A stretch of DNA of 64,000 bases from Lama glama (GCA_028534125.1 CM052819.1:97278001-97342000); one strand, 5' to 3'; counted from the stretch's first letter, positions 48,880-61,431 are shown. The notes: generated by a model not told the origin, from the letters alone. Numbers and translations are program-made.

Positions 48880-49650
48880 CTTCCCTTTCCTGGAACCCCC
48901 TTCTCCTTCACACCTCACACCCTGGCCATCAGCCAATCTCCAAAGCTCCGCCTTCAAAACGTACCAAGAATTTGGCTGTTTCTCACCAGTTCCAACACCC
49001 GGACTCCAGTCACTTCCTAACTGTTCTCACTGATTCTGCCCTTGATCGCCGCTTCCCCTTGCCACCGCCAATGGTATATTCTCATGTTAAAAAATAAGTA
49101 AGGTCATGTCCATCCAATGGTCCCCTAAGTCCTTGTGATGGCCTGCGAAGCCCCATGCAGTCTGGATCCCCATGCGCTCCGCCACTGACCTTCAGTCCTC
49201 TCCTGCTCATTCCCGCTGCAACAGCCACAATGGCTTCCTTGTCGTTCTTCAAACACACCGGACCCATCTGGACACTCTGAAACTCGGGGCCTTTGCAAGT
49301 CTCTCCCTTTGGCCTGGAACACTCCAGAAAGGCACCTAGCTTTTTCTCTCAACTCCTTCCTCTCTTCGCTCAGATGTCTCCTGGGAGAGAGCCTCCCTGA
49401 TCATCCTGTGAAAGTCACAGTCCTATCCCCTAACCCTGCCCCCAGGATGCTCCAGCGCCTTTCCTTGCCCTGTTTCTCCTCACAGCATGACCCACCATCT
49501 GACACGCTGTACATACTACATAGGTATTTACTTCAGACTTCACACATGCTTGAATGTAAGCTCTGCAAGGGCAGGAATTTTGTCCTCAGTGCCCAGAGCA
49601 GAGACAGGCAGGGAGTAGGCAGTTAAAAAGCATTTGTTGAGTCAATTAAT
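48880..49650 (+). mobile_element. L2 3' region
   Basis: ggcctttgcaagtctctccctttggcctggaacactc...ctcagatgtc...gaatgtaagctctgcaagggcaggaatt...atttgttgagt. Confidence 0.8.
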
Positions 49651-49899
49651 TCCTTCCTATTTGTCTGCATCTGAGATGGTTCCTTTTTCCTTTCCTTCCA
49701 TCTCTTTCTTTTAGCATCTTTATTTTTTATCCTACTTCCAACCTCCTTCAATTATACTTAGAGATTCTTAGTCTCTTCCTTTTCATTCCACATCTTTCAT
49801 TCCCTCCTTTCTCTTATTATCTAGAGGTATTTATTAAGAATTTAGACATTTTTAAAAAGAGGCTATTTTTTATTAGTGTTTTTACCAAATCCTTACCCC

Positions 49900-50810
49900 C
49901 ATATCAAATATGTTAAGAATTCAAGAGTTCGTAGTATCTTTTAAAAAAAAAAAAAACTCACTGATCATCTTTGAAAGATAAGAATCAAATCATTATTCTG
50001 GTAAAGAAAAGGAGAGAATCAGGTCACTAATCTGCCTTTTATATACAAACTATACCTCAAGGTAACTTTTTTTAAAAAAGGTTGAAATAAAATTCCTCTT
50101 TACAGAAATTCTCCAGCTAATACATGCAGAAGAAATGACAGAATGAGACTATGACATTTTTGTAACCCTGAAATCAAGAATGAATCTAGGTTCCCATTAT
50201 TGATCAGAATCTAGGCTCCTACCACCATGAGGGGAAAAGCTGATGGGGACCCTAGTAACAGATGGTCAGACTAACAGCACCTGTCAGTACTAATGTTTCA
50301 GAAAAAGACAGAATAGGTCACCTGATGGAAGTTACGCTATCACGCATGAAATATCCTTACCCCAAATCTAAACCTAAATCTGATTAAGGCTTTAGTTTAT
50401 AGGACATTTGGGGGACAATGAAACATGTTAAATGACAATACTGGAATGTTGGTAGGAAAATCTACATTTTGGCGGATTGCACAGGACAAAAGATCCAGCT
50501 TCTTCATCAAATATATCACAAGAGAGAACAGGAGAGGGACAGGAAACCTGTATATTAAAAGAGACCTAAGAACCGTATCAATCAAATCCAATGTGTGGAC
50601 TTTATTTAAATCCTTTGATTACTCTGAAGTATTTTTAACTAACTGTGAAAAACTGTTTCCTAGATCATCAGGGAAATCTGAACATGAACATTCAGTAATA
50701 TTAAGAAATTAATTAGTGTCCATTTTCTACGTTACAATAGTATTGTGTTGATGTTTTAACAAAAAGAATCCTTATCTTTTCAGAGAGTCACACTGAAAGA
50801 TTTATAACTA
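49900..50810 (+). mobile_element. L1MC4-like 3' region
   Basis: ttccagctaatacatgcagaagaaatgacagaat...aggacaaaagatccagcttcttca...gagacctaagaaccgtatcaatcaaatccaatgtgtggac. Confidence 0.7.
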
Positions 50811-51769
50811 AATCTGATTTTCTTTTTAAACCCTCATCCTAAAATTCTTTCCCCAAGAAAATGACTTTGGTTGTTTTGATGCTATGGAAGTCACTGCTTT
50901 CCAAATATACCCATGAATGAGGTGATGCAGAAAGAACAGGGCTGAAAATCAACAAAAACCAGGCAGAGATTTAGGGCTAAATGATAAACAAATAAATGAA
51001 AAAGGTAATGTATTTATATACCCTTGATGCACTTCGAAAGTCCTTCAAAGCATACATACCACGTGGAGGTCAGGCTTCTGATAATGTTAACATCTGAAAA
51101 ACAGCCATCAATCTGGAAATTTCAAAAAGAGAAATGAAAAAGACTTCTGAGTGATACACAGCTTTCACAAAGCCCATGCACTTTACTCCATGAAAGAAAA
51201 AGAAGCACTTCACGTCATTTACAAAATTCTATCAAACAACTGTATCTCAGCAAGAGCTAAGAGCAAAGGAAAGAAACAAAGGACTTACTAGAAGCAAAGG
51301 AGCAGGGCAGTCCAAGAGTTTATAAAATAAAGACACAGTCCACACAGAGCAGACCCTCAGAGCATCACCCTAATGCAGCCTTGGACACCATATCCCAGAG
51401 TAAAGGCAACATAAGTTCAAGCATGCTCAGAGTCCTGTTAACACAAGAAGAGCAACGTAGACACTGCTTAAAATTATCCTCATTAAGATGACTACAGTTT
51501 ACGAAGCTAAACTATTTGCTCAATGAAGGGGGAAACAGGTTTCAAGGAAAGGGAGATCAGAATTGAGATCAGTGCGTAAAAGCGAAGGTGGATTTGAGCT
51601 TGAAATGAAGGCGGAGAACCAGCCCCTGAGGGAGTGAATGGGCTTTTCGTTTGCTACCCTGAGGTGCTGGACCCCTCACGGGGGGCTCCACATGGCTCTC
51701 GGCATTGGGTGAGGTTGGATCAAAGGTCCTTGAGAATCCTAAACAATTCCAAGGTTTTCTGGTGGGTAA

Positions 51770-52253
51770 AGTTAAAGAAAAATTTATTCTGATGCTTGTT
51801 AAAATAGAAAGAAAATAAAAATAAATAAAATAAAGTAAATAAGTAAATAAATAAATAAATGTGCTTTTTAATGGTATGAAAGACTTTTTTTTTCAGAGCT
51901 ACTGCAAAAGTGGAGAGAGATGGGGCTCAACTCCAAATATAGCCAAGACACCTGGACATTTACAGCAAACAAACAGAATGAGATGATCAGTGGACAGAAA
52001 ATTACTAAGAGGAGACATCGGGGGTAAGGGAGTCATTACACAGACAACAGGATTCCTAGTGAAGTGATCAGATGTCAGGGACAATCACATAACAAGGGTG
52101 GGGGATTCTCTCTAAACTGGCTTAGCAGGATTCCTGCTACAACTGGGCTAGGCAGACACCAGAAACAGGACAGGGACCAAGGTCCAGGTCAAGACAAAAA
52201 CAGGACTCAGAGGAGCCTGACTAAAGTTTGCTTAAGGAGAGAGGTCTTTTTTA
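51770..52253 (-). mobile_element. MER31/MER67-like ERV1 solo LTR
   Basis: gttaaagaaaaatttattctgatgcttgttaaaa...gggctcaactccaaata...aaattactaagagg...tcagaggagcctgactaaagtttg. Confidence 0.82.
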
Positions 52254-52874
52254 GTAAATGAGAATTCCACCTTACAAAGAGAAATGCTTTTGCCTAGAGG
52301 TGGTGTCCAAGGTCACAGAGCCAGTGTGAGCAGGTGCCAGCAGCAGATTCCAGACCTCCCGGATCCAAGCTCAGCGATGTCAGTTACACCTGCTGCCTCC
52401 TAACACCTTACACTATGTAACACTTTTTAATTTCTCCACTGCTTCCCCACACAGTTTTTCTGTTTGCAAAATCCAGAAATTCCCATTTCCATACATCAAG
52501 CTATCATGAGATAGGGGAAAACTATATCTGAACACAATGCCATGGAAGTAATTTATGTGCAATCCCCTGTGATACTGAGGCAGACTGAGTCATCATCATG
52601 AGGTATAACGAAGCCTTTTAAAGTGGTTTTGTACTAACAGGCGTACAAATAAAATAGAAAAAAAAATAAAAGACTGAGTTTAAAAGCATCTGAAAAGAAC
52701 AGGATGCTTCCAATCACTAGCAGGATCACAAAACCTCCACAGCTCTGGCTACATAATTTCCCGAGATGCTCAATCCCCAGGGAGAGTCTTTTAGGATGAC
52801 AGAGTGACTTCTTGCACTCTTGAAAGTGCCACCTACAGGATAAAAATGATTTAAGAATCAGAAGTGCGATGCAA

Positions 52875-53625
52875 AAAATATTCTCTGCCCTTCAGACTAC
52901 TTCCCATCTGCTTTCACTGGAATCTGTGTCCTGGGAGGCTGACCTCTGAGGCCGGTGTCAGCTGGGCTCTTTTGCCCTCTGGCCCCTTGGGAAGTACCAG
53001 TAGAAGCCAGGAGAGTAGAAGGAGGGGAGGGGAGGAAGGAGCACGAATCCCTCTGCTTCCTGCCTGCAGGGTCACCTGGGGGGTCTCTCCACCACAGGTC
53101 CCAGCTTCTCCAGGCGACCCTCTCCCTCTGTGCTTACTTCTGGGGGTTGGAGGGTGTCATAGACTATGTCCCCTCAAATTTGTATGTTGGACTCTAATCC
53201 ACAAGGTGATGGTCTCAGGAGGTAGCCTTTGGGAGGTGATCAGGTCACGAGGGTGGGGCCCTCACAAGTGGCATTAGTGCCCTTATAAAAGAGACCCCGG
53301 AGAGCTCCCTCACGGGGTCCACCATGTGCCAACACCAGAGAAGACGGCCATCTTACAAACCAAGACGTGAGCACTCCTTAGATACTGAATCCACCGTCAC
53401 CTTGGCCTTGGCCTTCTCAGCCTTGAGAACTGTGAGAGATGTACCCTGTGTATAAGTCACCCCGTCTAGCAGTCTGAACACACTAAGACAGAGGGCCCCT
53501 CCCATTGCGCCAGTCTACTTCACTCCCCTTTCTGCCTCTTCACTCCATGACAACCTTCATTAAACTCTCTTCTGCCACTTCTTTGAGCGTGTCATGTATG
53601 TCCCTGCCCAGCCTCTGACTGACAG
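52875..53625 (+). mobile_element. LTR33-like ERVL LTR split by MLT1A0
   Basis: tgtgtcctgggaggctgacctctg...cttttgccctctggc...; 3' half ...cttcattaaactctct...tttgagcgtgtcat...ctgactgaca. Confidence 0.65.
53155..53490 (+). mobile_element. MLT1A0-like MaLR solo LTR with 5-bp TSD
   Basis: TG...CA termini; gcctttgggaggtgatcaggtcacgagggtggggccctca...attagtgcccttataaaagagacccc; TSD gaggg at 53150-53154 and 53491-53495. Confidence 0.9.
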
Positions 53626-53984
53626 CAATGAAAAGAGAGGAGGGACAGAGAATCACAAATTTAATTTTCCATATTTACTCTCATTTGGGCAGTGGGATTG
53701 GGGTGGGGGCCGAGCAGACACAATTTTTAAGCTAGATTTCATGGTATTTGTACCGGGAATGAGGCATATGTTCGAGCAGGCTCTAAGTGTAAAGGTTCCC
53801 ATGAAAATCCAGAATTTGTATACAGAATTTGGTATACACGGGCAATTTTCTAAAAAGAGAAATCCAGAAAGAAAAGGTCAAAAATTGACTTGTGTTCTCA
53901 AAAGTGGACCCCAAAATGGAGAGCCAAAGCCGTCAGAGAAACACAGCACAAAAACAGCCACCATCTGCCCAGGGGAAGAGAGAC

Positions 53985-54420
53985 GGCTGGGCTGACGATG
54001 GGTACCCCGGGCCACGGGTACCCCATGCCAGCCGCGCCCGCCACAGCCGCAGGAACACCGCCTCCTGCCCTCTCCCGGGGGCGGGGGCGGGGGAGGAACC
54101 CCCGCCTCCATGCCGCCCACCACCGCCTGCCCCAGGGAGGCAGCTGGGACGGTGTGTTCCTGCAAGTCGCTCACAGCTCCCTCCCAACAGTCAAGTGACA
54201 TTTCAAAAGCTCGTCAGCTCAGCAGGTGCTCGGATCCACAAGCAATAGCAAAAACAGTTCCGGGATGTGGAAAATCTCGTCCTGTTGTTCTGAGAAGCTT
54301 GGGGCGCAGAGGCAAGGCAGAGTGTGCAGGCAGCCAAGCGGGGGTTTCGGGGGTGCGGGGAGCAGCAGGCTAGCAGAGCTGACCCCACAAGAAAGTCAGC
54401 AGGTGCCCCATCCGGGGTCA
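53985..54420. promoter_or_regulatory. GC/CpG-rich patch with GC boxes (possible enhancer or alternative promoter)
   Basis: Locally dense CpG; tandem gggggcgggggcgggggagg Sp/KLF-type boxes at ~54077-54096. Confidence 0.35.
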
Positions 54421-54469
54421 GGTGGGAGGGGGCAGGTGCGAGCCCCTACTGAGGAGATAGCTCTTACCT

Positions 54470-54635
54470 TACAGACACGTGGCCTGAGCCCAGCCCCGCG
54501 CTTCACCTGCTGTGTGACCCAGGATAGGTGGTTCACCCTCTCTGAGTCGCAGTTTCCCCCTATACCATTCAGTATGAATCTCATAGCACTGTGTGGGTTG
54601 TCATTGAGAAAGTGCTTTTAAGACCCTGTAAATGC
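54470..54635 (+). mobile_element. MIR SINE
   Basis: cacctgctgtgtgacccagg...accctctctgagtcgcagtttcccc...gggttgtcattgaga. Confidence 0.6.
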
Positions 54636-55167
54636 CTTCCCGGGTCTGTTTTAGAATTGACATCAGAGGTCTTCTCCACTTCCTCCACTAATGCAGAGAT
54701 TTCAGGCACAAACAGAAGCCTATAAAATCAACCTCCAATTCCACACCAGGGCAGATGCCAAAAGGGAGTGACAGCCACCTGAGCAAGGTCACCTAACAGG
54801 GACAAAAGCCTCCATCCCACACAGAGCCCTGCCAGTCCCCCATCCACTGAGGGCCCCAATCTCCTCATTGGTGAGATGAGAACAGCTGCAGCTAATAGGA
54901 CAGTGAGGATGCCACAAGCTCTTGGAAACGTGCCAGGCACACAACAGGCACTCACAGGCCATCGGCCACCACCACCCTACAGCACCTGCGTCCCAGGAGC
55001 CCCGCAGGGGAAACCCGGGCCAGTGAAACTGGTGTATTGAGGGGTGGGGGGTATCTTTTCTAGCTTCCAGCACCAGTGAAATGGAAGACAGTCAGACACA
55101 GACGGAACAGGACTCCGACCACAGCCACTCCCCAGACAAACCGTTACTGATGTTCTTGGAACCTCAC

Positions 55168-55216
55168 CTTCCTCACCAGACACATGGGGTCGAGCGACCT
55201 CACTCGCAGGGTTGTC
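55168..55216 (-). other. Candidate small exon (49 nt; alternative donor gives 40 nt)
   Basis: On the - strand: gtgtttttgtttctcag|GAC...AAG|gtgagg, with an alternative CTG|gtgagg ending at 55177. Confidence 0.22.
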
Positions 55217-58200
55217 CTGAGAAACAAAAACACGCCGTGGAGGCAGGAAGTAAATGTTACTTCTTGTCATCTCTCCCCCTTCCCTGGAGTGCAGAGAAGG
55301 CAGCAAAAGCCAAAAGTGGATTCCCGCAGCCCTCAGGGAAGGTCATCACCCGCCCAGATCACAGCAGTCTAGTGTCCCCTGAGACCTCGTGGTCCGTGTG
55401 GCTAGGAAGATCTTCCTACCAACAAAGCAAGATGGAACTACATCCCTGGGGCACGCTCGTGGGGCCTGCCTCCCAACTAAGATGTCAGCCATTTCCCACC
55501 AAAGGCCCAGAGAGCAGGGTTCAGGGTCAGCAAAACCCTGCAGAAGCAGGGAAAAGGCTTTAGAAGCCCTCCTTAGCCAAACAAAAAAACAAAAAACCTC
55601 CCATCAAAGAGTACAGGGGCTATCTGACAGCTACACGAGGACATGGAGCCCGAATCACCGACACGGAGGGCGGGGAAGGTCACTTTTCTATAAACATCTG
55701 AAAGATAAAAAGTGTAGATAAATGTCAAAAACAATGCCAAAAAAAAAAAACCGGTTGCATACTACTTGCTTACACAGCTTTTTCCTTCTTCAGACAAATG
55801 ATAAAACGTCCCTGCTTCTGAATATAAATCATCTTCAATTAAGACATTTCTGTTGGAAAGCACTTTTGGCAGGGCCAACAAAATATTTGCCACTGTTCTC
55901 CGACTTGGAGCTTTCAAGGTTGGCAGGGCGATTTATTTTTGTTGATTAAACAAAATACAAATGGAAAAGGCCTAAAAAATGATTGGCCAATTAAACTCAA
56001 TGATTCTTCACAATGAAATGTTCTTTTATTAGCCTTGCCAGAGTTATTTAAAAAAAAGAAAAAAAAAACCTCCTAGCTTTACTGCTGTTTGCAGGATTTA
56101 CCCCACTGATATTTGTGCTGACAGAAAGATTTAAGTGAGGACCAGATTATACAAAGTGTGTCTTCTCTTTTGCTGGAACGGAAGGAAAAGAAACAATTAA
56201 GGGCTTGGGCCACTTCAGGAAGAATGTCTGCCCAGCATTCGTAACTCTTGAAAGAATGATTTGGGTTGAGTGAGGGAGCCGTCAGCACGCATTTCGTGTG
56301 TACTTGTTCTCTGGCAAATTACAGATTCACTAATAGGGGCCAATTTGTTGAGATGACAACAATCATAAAGATCCAAATTCTTCATTTTCTCTTTTCACTT
56401 TTCAAAGGGATGAGTGTCTAGAGAAGCAGCCAACCAAATGATGGGTGTCAGATGCTTCTGCAAAATGGACCAATGGACAGAGGGGCACCAGAAGCCTATT
56501 TCGGTCCACAGCAACATTTTTCTGAATTGCAACCATGAGGTCCAGATCACAACTGCAATAAATCCACATACAATCGTCATAAACCCAGGCCAGCAGAACG
56601 CTGATGCTTCCTGGTGGTCAGAGCATTAATGCTGCAGGCTGCTACACATTTTTAAACTTGATTGTACATAATTGTTAATCACTGACCCATTCTCCAACCC
56701 GCCTGGGCTAGAACATGTTGCCAGGCAACCAATTTTGCTCCAGATACTTTCTGAAAGGTAGTGAGGAAACAACCAGTGTCAACCAAGTGAACACTAACCA
56801 TTAGAGACAGGTTCAACTGAAAAAAGAAAAAAAAAAAAAGATGTGCGCTTCCTAAAAACATGTCCATCTCATGTATGTAGACACATATTTCCCATGTCTT
56901 ATAACTCAGAAAATAAGCTCTCTTAGGTCGAATTGGATGAAACTGCCCTTTTGGTAGCTCAGTTTGGTGATTCATATAGTCCAACCTAATAACTCAGAAG
57001 AGGTTTGCATAGACTGGAAGACAGAGGGACCACAATCCCCTGCTAATATAATCACAATTGTGCTTTGTACCAGTAACATATCACTTATCTACTCCACACA
57101 TTCCTGAAAATGGTTTTAATAAAAAAAACAGTTGAGAGAGGCAGCCTGCATCGTTTTGCAAATGTCTGAATAAGCAGTCACATTTATTTTTCCATTTTAG
57201 CCTATGACAAACTGATCCTACTTCTTGTACAATATCCAGACATTCCCTGCCTTTTCAAATGTTCAGAGCCACCAGGAATGGGACTCAATTTATTTTTCCT
57301 AATTTGAGATCAGAACACCAGAGGACATCCTAAAGATGAAGACAGAATTGTCAAGTACAGGGAAAAGTTCATTTCAGGGGAAAGAGGAGGGAAGGCAGGA
57401 TTGCTGGGATCACAGAACTTGATGATCTTCTGCAAAAACAGTGAAATCAAGTGACTCCCCTTGTCCAAGGCAGCCGAGAGCACCACGGTCAAGGAGCACT
57501 GGAAAAACGTAATGGCCCCATGTCAGCGCGCACAGTTATCACCAGGAGAGTTTAGAATCTCTGTAAGAAGTCCTGAAAAATGACCAGCTCAGGCAGTGCA
57601 ACAGAGGAGATGATTAATCTCATTAAGAAACAATTGGTAAAAATTATCAGGTGAAGGGAGAATTCACGGTGAAGTTTAAGTTTAAATTCCTGCCCTTACT
57701 GAGCAAGTTTGAATACATCTTATGATTTACTAGCAGCCAAAATTAACTGTATCTAAAATTACTAAATTACAATTTATAAACTAGACACACATAGACTTTA
57801 CATTTGGCAAATGTCAAATTATCTTAAGAAGATACTAGAAAGTTGATTGCCCATACCCAGATGAGTCCTATTAAAATGTAACCAGGCTTTCTGTTTAGTC
57901 TGCTTTCTTACATGCTTATAATTAAAAAGAAAAAATAAGTAAACAATACAGAAACATATGAAGTTAAAAGGTGGAACGTTTTCTCTTCAAGTCATTACTA
58001 CCCTCATTTTCACTCCCCAGGGGTAACCTCCAATTTGCGCACTTACTTTTAACAGAAGTAGCACCCTAAGGCATCTCCCAGCAACTTGCTCTTGTCACTC
58101 AACATCACAACATTTAAGCTAGTTTTAAACAGAGTCCTCTGGCACATCTGATTCACCAGCTAATTTGTCCACAGTCTCAAAATAAAGCTGCTCAGATACT

Positions 58201-58250
58201 AAGAGTCACCCCCGCTCTCCCAGAGTTGACAACAATTTAAAGACCATCAA

Positions 58251-58388
58251 GGAATACACCCAAATTTTATAGTAACTAGAAATGGAATATAACCTTTAAA
58301 AATTGTGAGTCACTATGTTGTACACCTGAAACTTGTATAATATTGTACATCAATTATACTTCAGTAAAGAATAAATAAACAGATAGAT
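58251..58388 (+). mobile_element. Short L1 3' end (older)
   Basis: tagtaactagaaatggaatataacctttaaaaattgtgagtcactatgttgtacacctgaaacttgtataatattgtacatcaattatacttca. Confidence 0.88.
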
Positions 58389-58408
58389 AAAAACAAAGAC
58401 CATCAAAA

Positions 58409-58586
58409 CAATAAGTTTATACTGTATAGCACATGGAACTATAGTCAATATCTGGTAGTAACCTATAATGAAAAAGAATATGAAAGTGAATATGTGTGCA
58501 TATATGTATAACTGAAACATTATGCTGTACACCAGAAATTGACAGAACATTGTAAACTGACTGTACTTCAGTTAAAAAAAAAAAAA
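58409..58586 (+). mobile_element. Short L1 3' end (younger) with 20-bp TSD
   Basis: aagtttatactgtatagcacatggaactat...ccagaaattgacagaacattgtaaactgactgtacttca; TSD aaaaacaaagaccatcaaaa at 58389-58408 and 58582-58601. Confidence 0.9.
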
Positions 58587-59349
58587 CAAAGACCATCAAA
58601 AGCAGTATCAATTATTCATCTCCCAAAAGCTCTGAGACACACTCTAGAAGTCCTGGAAGAAGAAAAGAAAATTTTAAATCTGTAGTTACTTCCAAGGAAG
58701 TTCATCCCAACACAAATGGGGCTTCCAAGAAGCAGCTGGTTAGCACCACTAGTGAGTGGCTTGAGCTGGAGTCCCAAAGGAGAGATGTCTGTATCACAAA
58801 AGAGAGAAAGAGAGAGAAATGAAATCCAGAAACATCCAAGACTGAACAAATATCAAGAGCCAACTGCTAAATTAAATTCTGAAGCCCACTGCTACAAGCT
58901 GGGAGAAGAATGTTATTTCAACAGGGACAGTTTCAACCCCCTACGAGGGAAACTGTGAGCCTGCTGGGAGCAGCAACTATTGCGACAAGGAACAACAAAA
59001 ACACTTTCATAAGCATTAGGACTGTCACAGAAAAGCAGAGACTGACAGAACTGTGGTGTGTGCAACATGAATTCCACATTGTTCCAACTCAGGAATTATC
59101 AAGCCATATTTGAGGTTGTGTTTTCTTTCCTTAAGGGAGGCAGCTGCAGACTTAAATTCTGAAGCCAACACTCCTAATCTCAGTTCTACAAATAGACTTT
59201 AAGAAAGTCACTTCCTCTCTCTAGATATGTTTTCTTGCCTATAAAATGAGAGAAAAAAAATAAAATAAAATGAAAGGACTTGACTAAAGGAACTCTAAAA
59301 TCTTTAACGTGATTTATTCCTATGATGCTATTTGATTAAAACTATGCTT

Positions 59350-59600
59350 GTGGATGGATGGATGGATGGATGGACAGACTGGATAAATGGATGGACAGGT
59401 GGGTGGATGGATGGATAATAAATAGATCATGAATGGATAGATGCATGAATAAATGAGTAGATAGATGAAAGGGTGATAGATGAATAGGTGGATCAATGGA
59501 TGGATGATGGATGGATGGATGGGTGGATGATGGATGAATGATGGATGGATGGATGGATGGATGAGTGGGTGGATGATGGATGAATGATGGAGGATAGATG
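59350..59600. repeat. (GGAT)n degenerate tetranucleotide repeat
   Basis: ggatggatggatggatgga... over ~250 bp. Confidence 0.92.
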
Positions 59601-59609
59601 GGAGACAGT

Positions 59610-59800
59610 AGTCTACTGAGTGAGATTGTACAGGTTTATGACCAATTGCTAAAGTTTTTAAAATGTTCTGGGCCAGTCGACATTATCTAGGTAACTTGGA
59701 ATCTACCACAGTGGGAATATTTACACCATGGAAATTGGCAGACACTACAAATCAGGCCTTTTTACCCACCCCTAAAGTCTTTTTACCAAAACACCACGAT
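59610..59800. mobile_element. MER63-like hAT-Blackjack DNA transposon
   Basis: ggtaacttggaatctaccacagtgggaatatttacaccatggaaattggcagacactacaaatcagg...tttaccaaaacaccac. Confidence 0.7.
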
Positions 59801-59959
59801 GTAATAGAAGGAGGAAGGAAAAGAAGGGGGAAAAGGAGACAAAGAGGCAGTATATGTGTGTACATAGTCCTCCAAGTAGGCTATCCCCCCCATTATGTCC
59901 ATGTTGGTACACTTACTTATTTCTCTGCCTGAGACACCATTACTCAGCTTTGCCTGAGT

Positions 59960-60270
59960 AACCCAAAACTCAGCTCAAGAACTGCCTCTTTTAGGAAAGC
60001 CATCCCTGATGTCTGCCCTTGGTCTATGTGAGATGCCCCCCTGCCCCCAGAGTTCCCCCACAGGGTACCTCTCTCTGTGATGACCTCTCTCTGCCCTCTC
60101 AGGAAACAGCTGCAATGCTGTGTGGCCATTGTCCATTTAGTTAGTGGCTGTTGTCCACTAAACGTTCTGCTAATTCAGAACAGCACCTACACATTTTATC
60201 TCTCAGTGCTTAATGCCTAGCACAAACCCAGGTACACAGTCACCATCCGATAAGAATATTTTGAATTAAA
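59960..60270 (+). mobile_element. L2 3' region
   Basis: actcagctcaagaactgcctcttttaggaaagccatccctga...gcctagcacaaacccaggtacacagt. Confidence 0.65.
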
Positions 60271-60797
60271 GCAGCAGTTTCAACTGCAAAGCAGAGCAAA
60301 AGTGTTTGTGGATAAAAGGTTTAGCCTCAAAGAGCTGCACTTATTCTCTCCCAGTCATAATTGGGTAATTGGAGATTTTTCAAGGGCTTAAGCTTTTCAA
60401 GTCCACTTTCCCTTAGATTGTGGTTTTCCATTAAATCAGTTAACCTACATTTATCATAAAACAGTGCAGTGTGTCACTGACCCACTTTATTTCATTTCTT
60501 TGCTACTCAATGACATTCCCATGTCACTGTGAATTGCATTTTTAAATAAAGAATTAAGTATATTTGCTCTGGATTTACCCAAGCAAGCTCTGACAGCCTT
60601 GGGATTCGCCCTCGGGTTCCATTGCCTAATCGACTAAAGTGGCTTTGAGCAAACTGCTTCAGCTTTCTCATCCTTCACGATCCAATCCACCAAGTGAAGA
60701 CAGAAGACTGGAAGTAACACAGACCAGAAGCTACCACCCTGTTCTGTGTCAGAGTAAAGGCAGGCTCACCAACCCTGACCTCAAAGATGGCCAACAC

Positions 60798-60950
60798 AGG
60801 GGTGGATGGGGGCATAGCTCAGTGATAGAGCGCATGCTTAGCATGTGCAAGGTCCCGGGTTCCATCCCAAGTACCTCCATTTAGAAAAATTTAAAAATAA
60901 AAAAAAAATCTTTTATATATATCTATATATAGATATATATATTTTTTTTA
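60798..60950 (+). mobile_element. Camelid Vic-1-like SINE with (TA)n tail extension
   Basis: gggcatagctcagtgatagagcgcatgcttagcatgtgcaaggtcccgggttccatcccaagtacctcc; flanking atggccaac at 60787-60795 and 60951-60959. Confidence 0.9.
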
Positions 60951-61010
60951 ATGGCCAACGTTACTGTGAACAGAACTGCACACAGCTGGCATCTTAGGAA
61001 GAAAGGACAA

Positions 61011-61431
61011 TGTCTTAGTCCACTTGGGTGGCCGTAACAAAGCACCACCTACTGGGTGGCTTAAACAACAGGAATGTATTGTCCCATAGTTCTGGAGGCT
61101 GAAGTCCAAGATCAAGGTGTTGGCAGGGTTGCTTTCTGGGGAGACCTTTCTTCCTGGGCTTGTAGCCCAACTACCTTCTCACTGTGTCCTCATAAGGCCT
61201 TTCCTTTGCGTACAAGGAGAGAAGAAGGCGCTCTGGTGTCCCTTGCCCTTCTTAGAAGGACACTCTCCCTATGGGATCAGGGCCCTATTCTTTGACCTCA
61301 TTTAACCTTAATTATCACCTTAAAGGCCCTATATTCAAATGTAGTCAACGGGGGTGGTGCCGGGGTGGGGGTGAATTCACAGGTTCAACATACGAATCTG
61401 GGGGCGGGGGACCACAGTTCAGTCCATTACA
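61011..61431 (-). mobile_element. MLT1A-like MaLR solo LTR
   Basis: tgtcttagtcc...ctgggtggcttaaacaacagg...agttctggaggctgaagtccaagatcaaggtg...gacctcatttaaccttaatta...ttcagtccattaca. Confidence 0.88.

Noticed and set aside
34668-52253. Two same-orientation MER31/MER67-like LTRs as the ends of one provirus
   Set aside because: They are 17 kb apart and structurally divergent, with no gag/pol/env remnants between them and older MIR/L2 elements inside. They are independent solo LTRs.
58239-58601. CRISPR-like repeat-spacer array
   Set aside because: The DNA is eukaryotic; the repeats are target-site duplications and the spacers are L1 3' ends.
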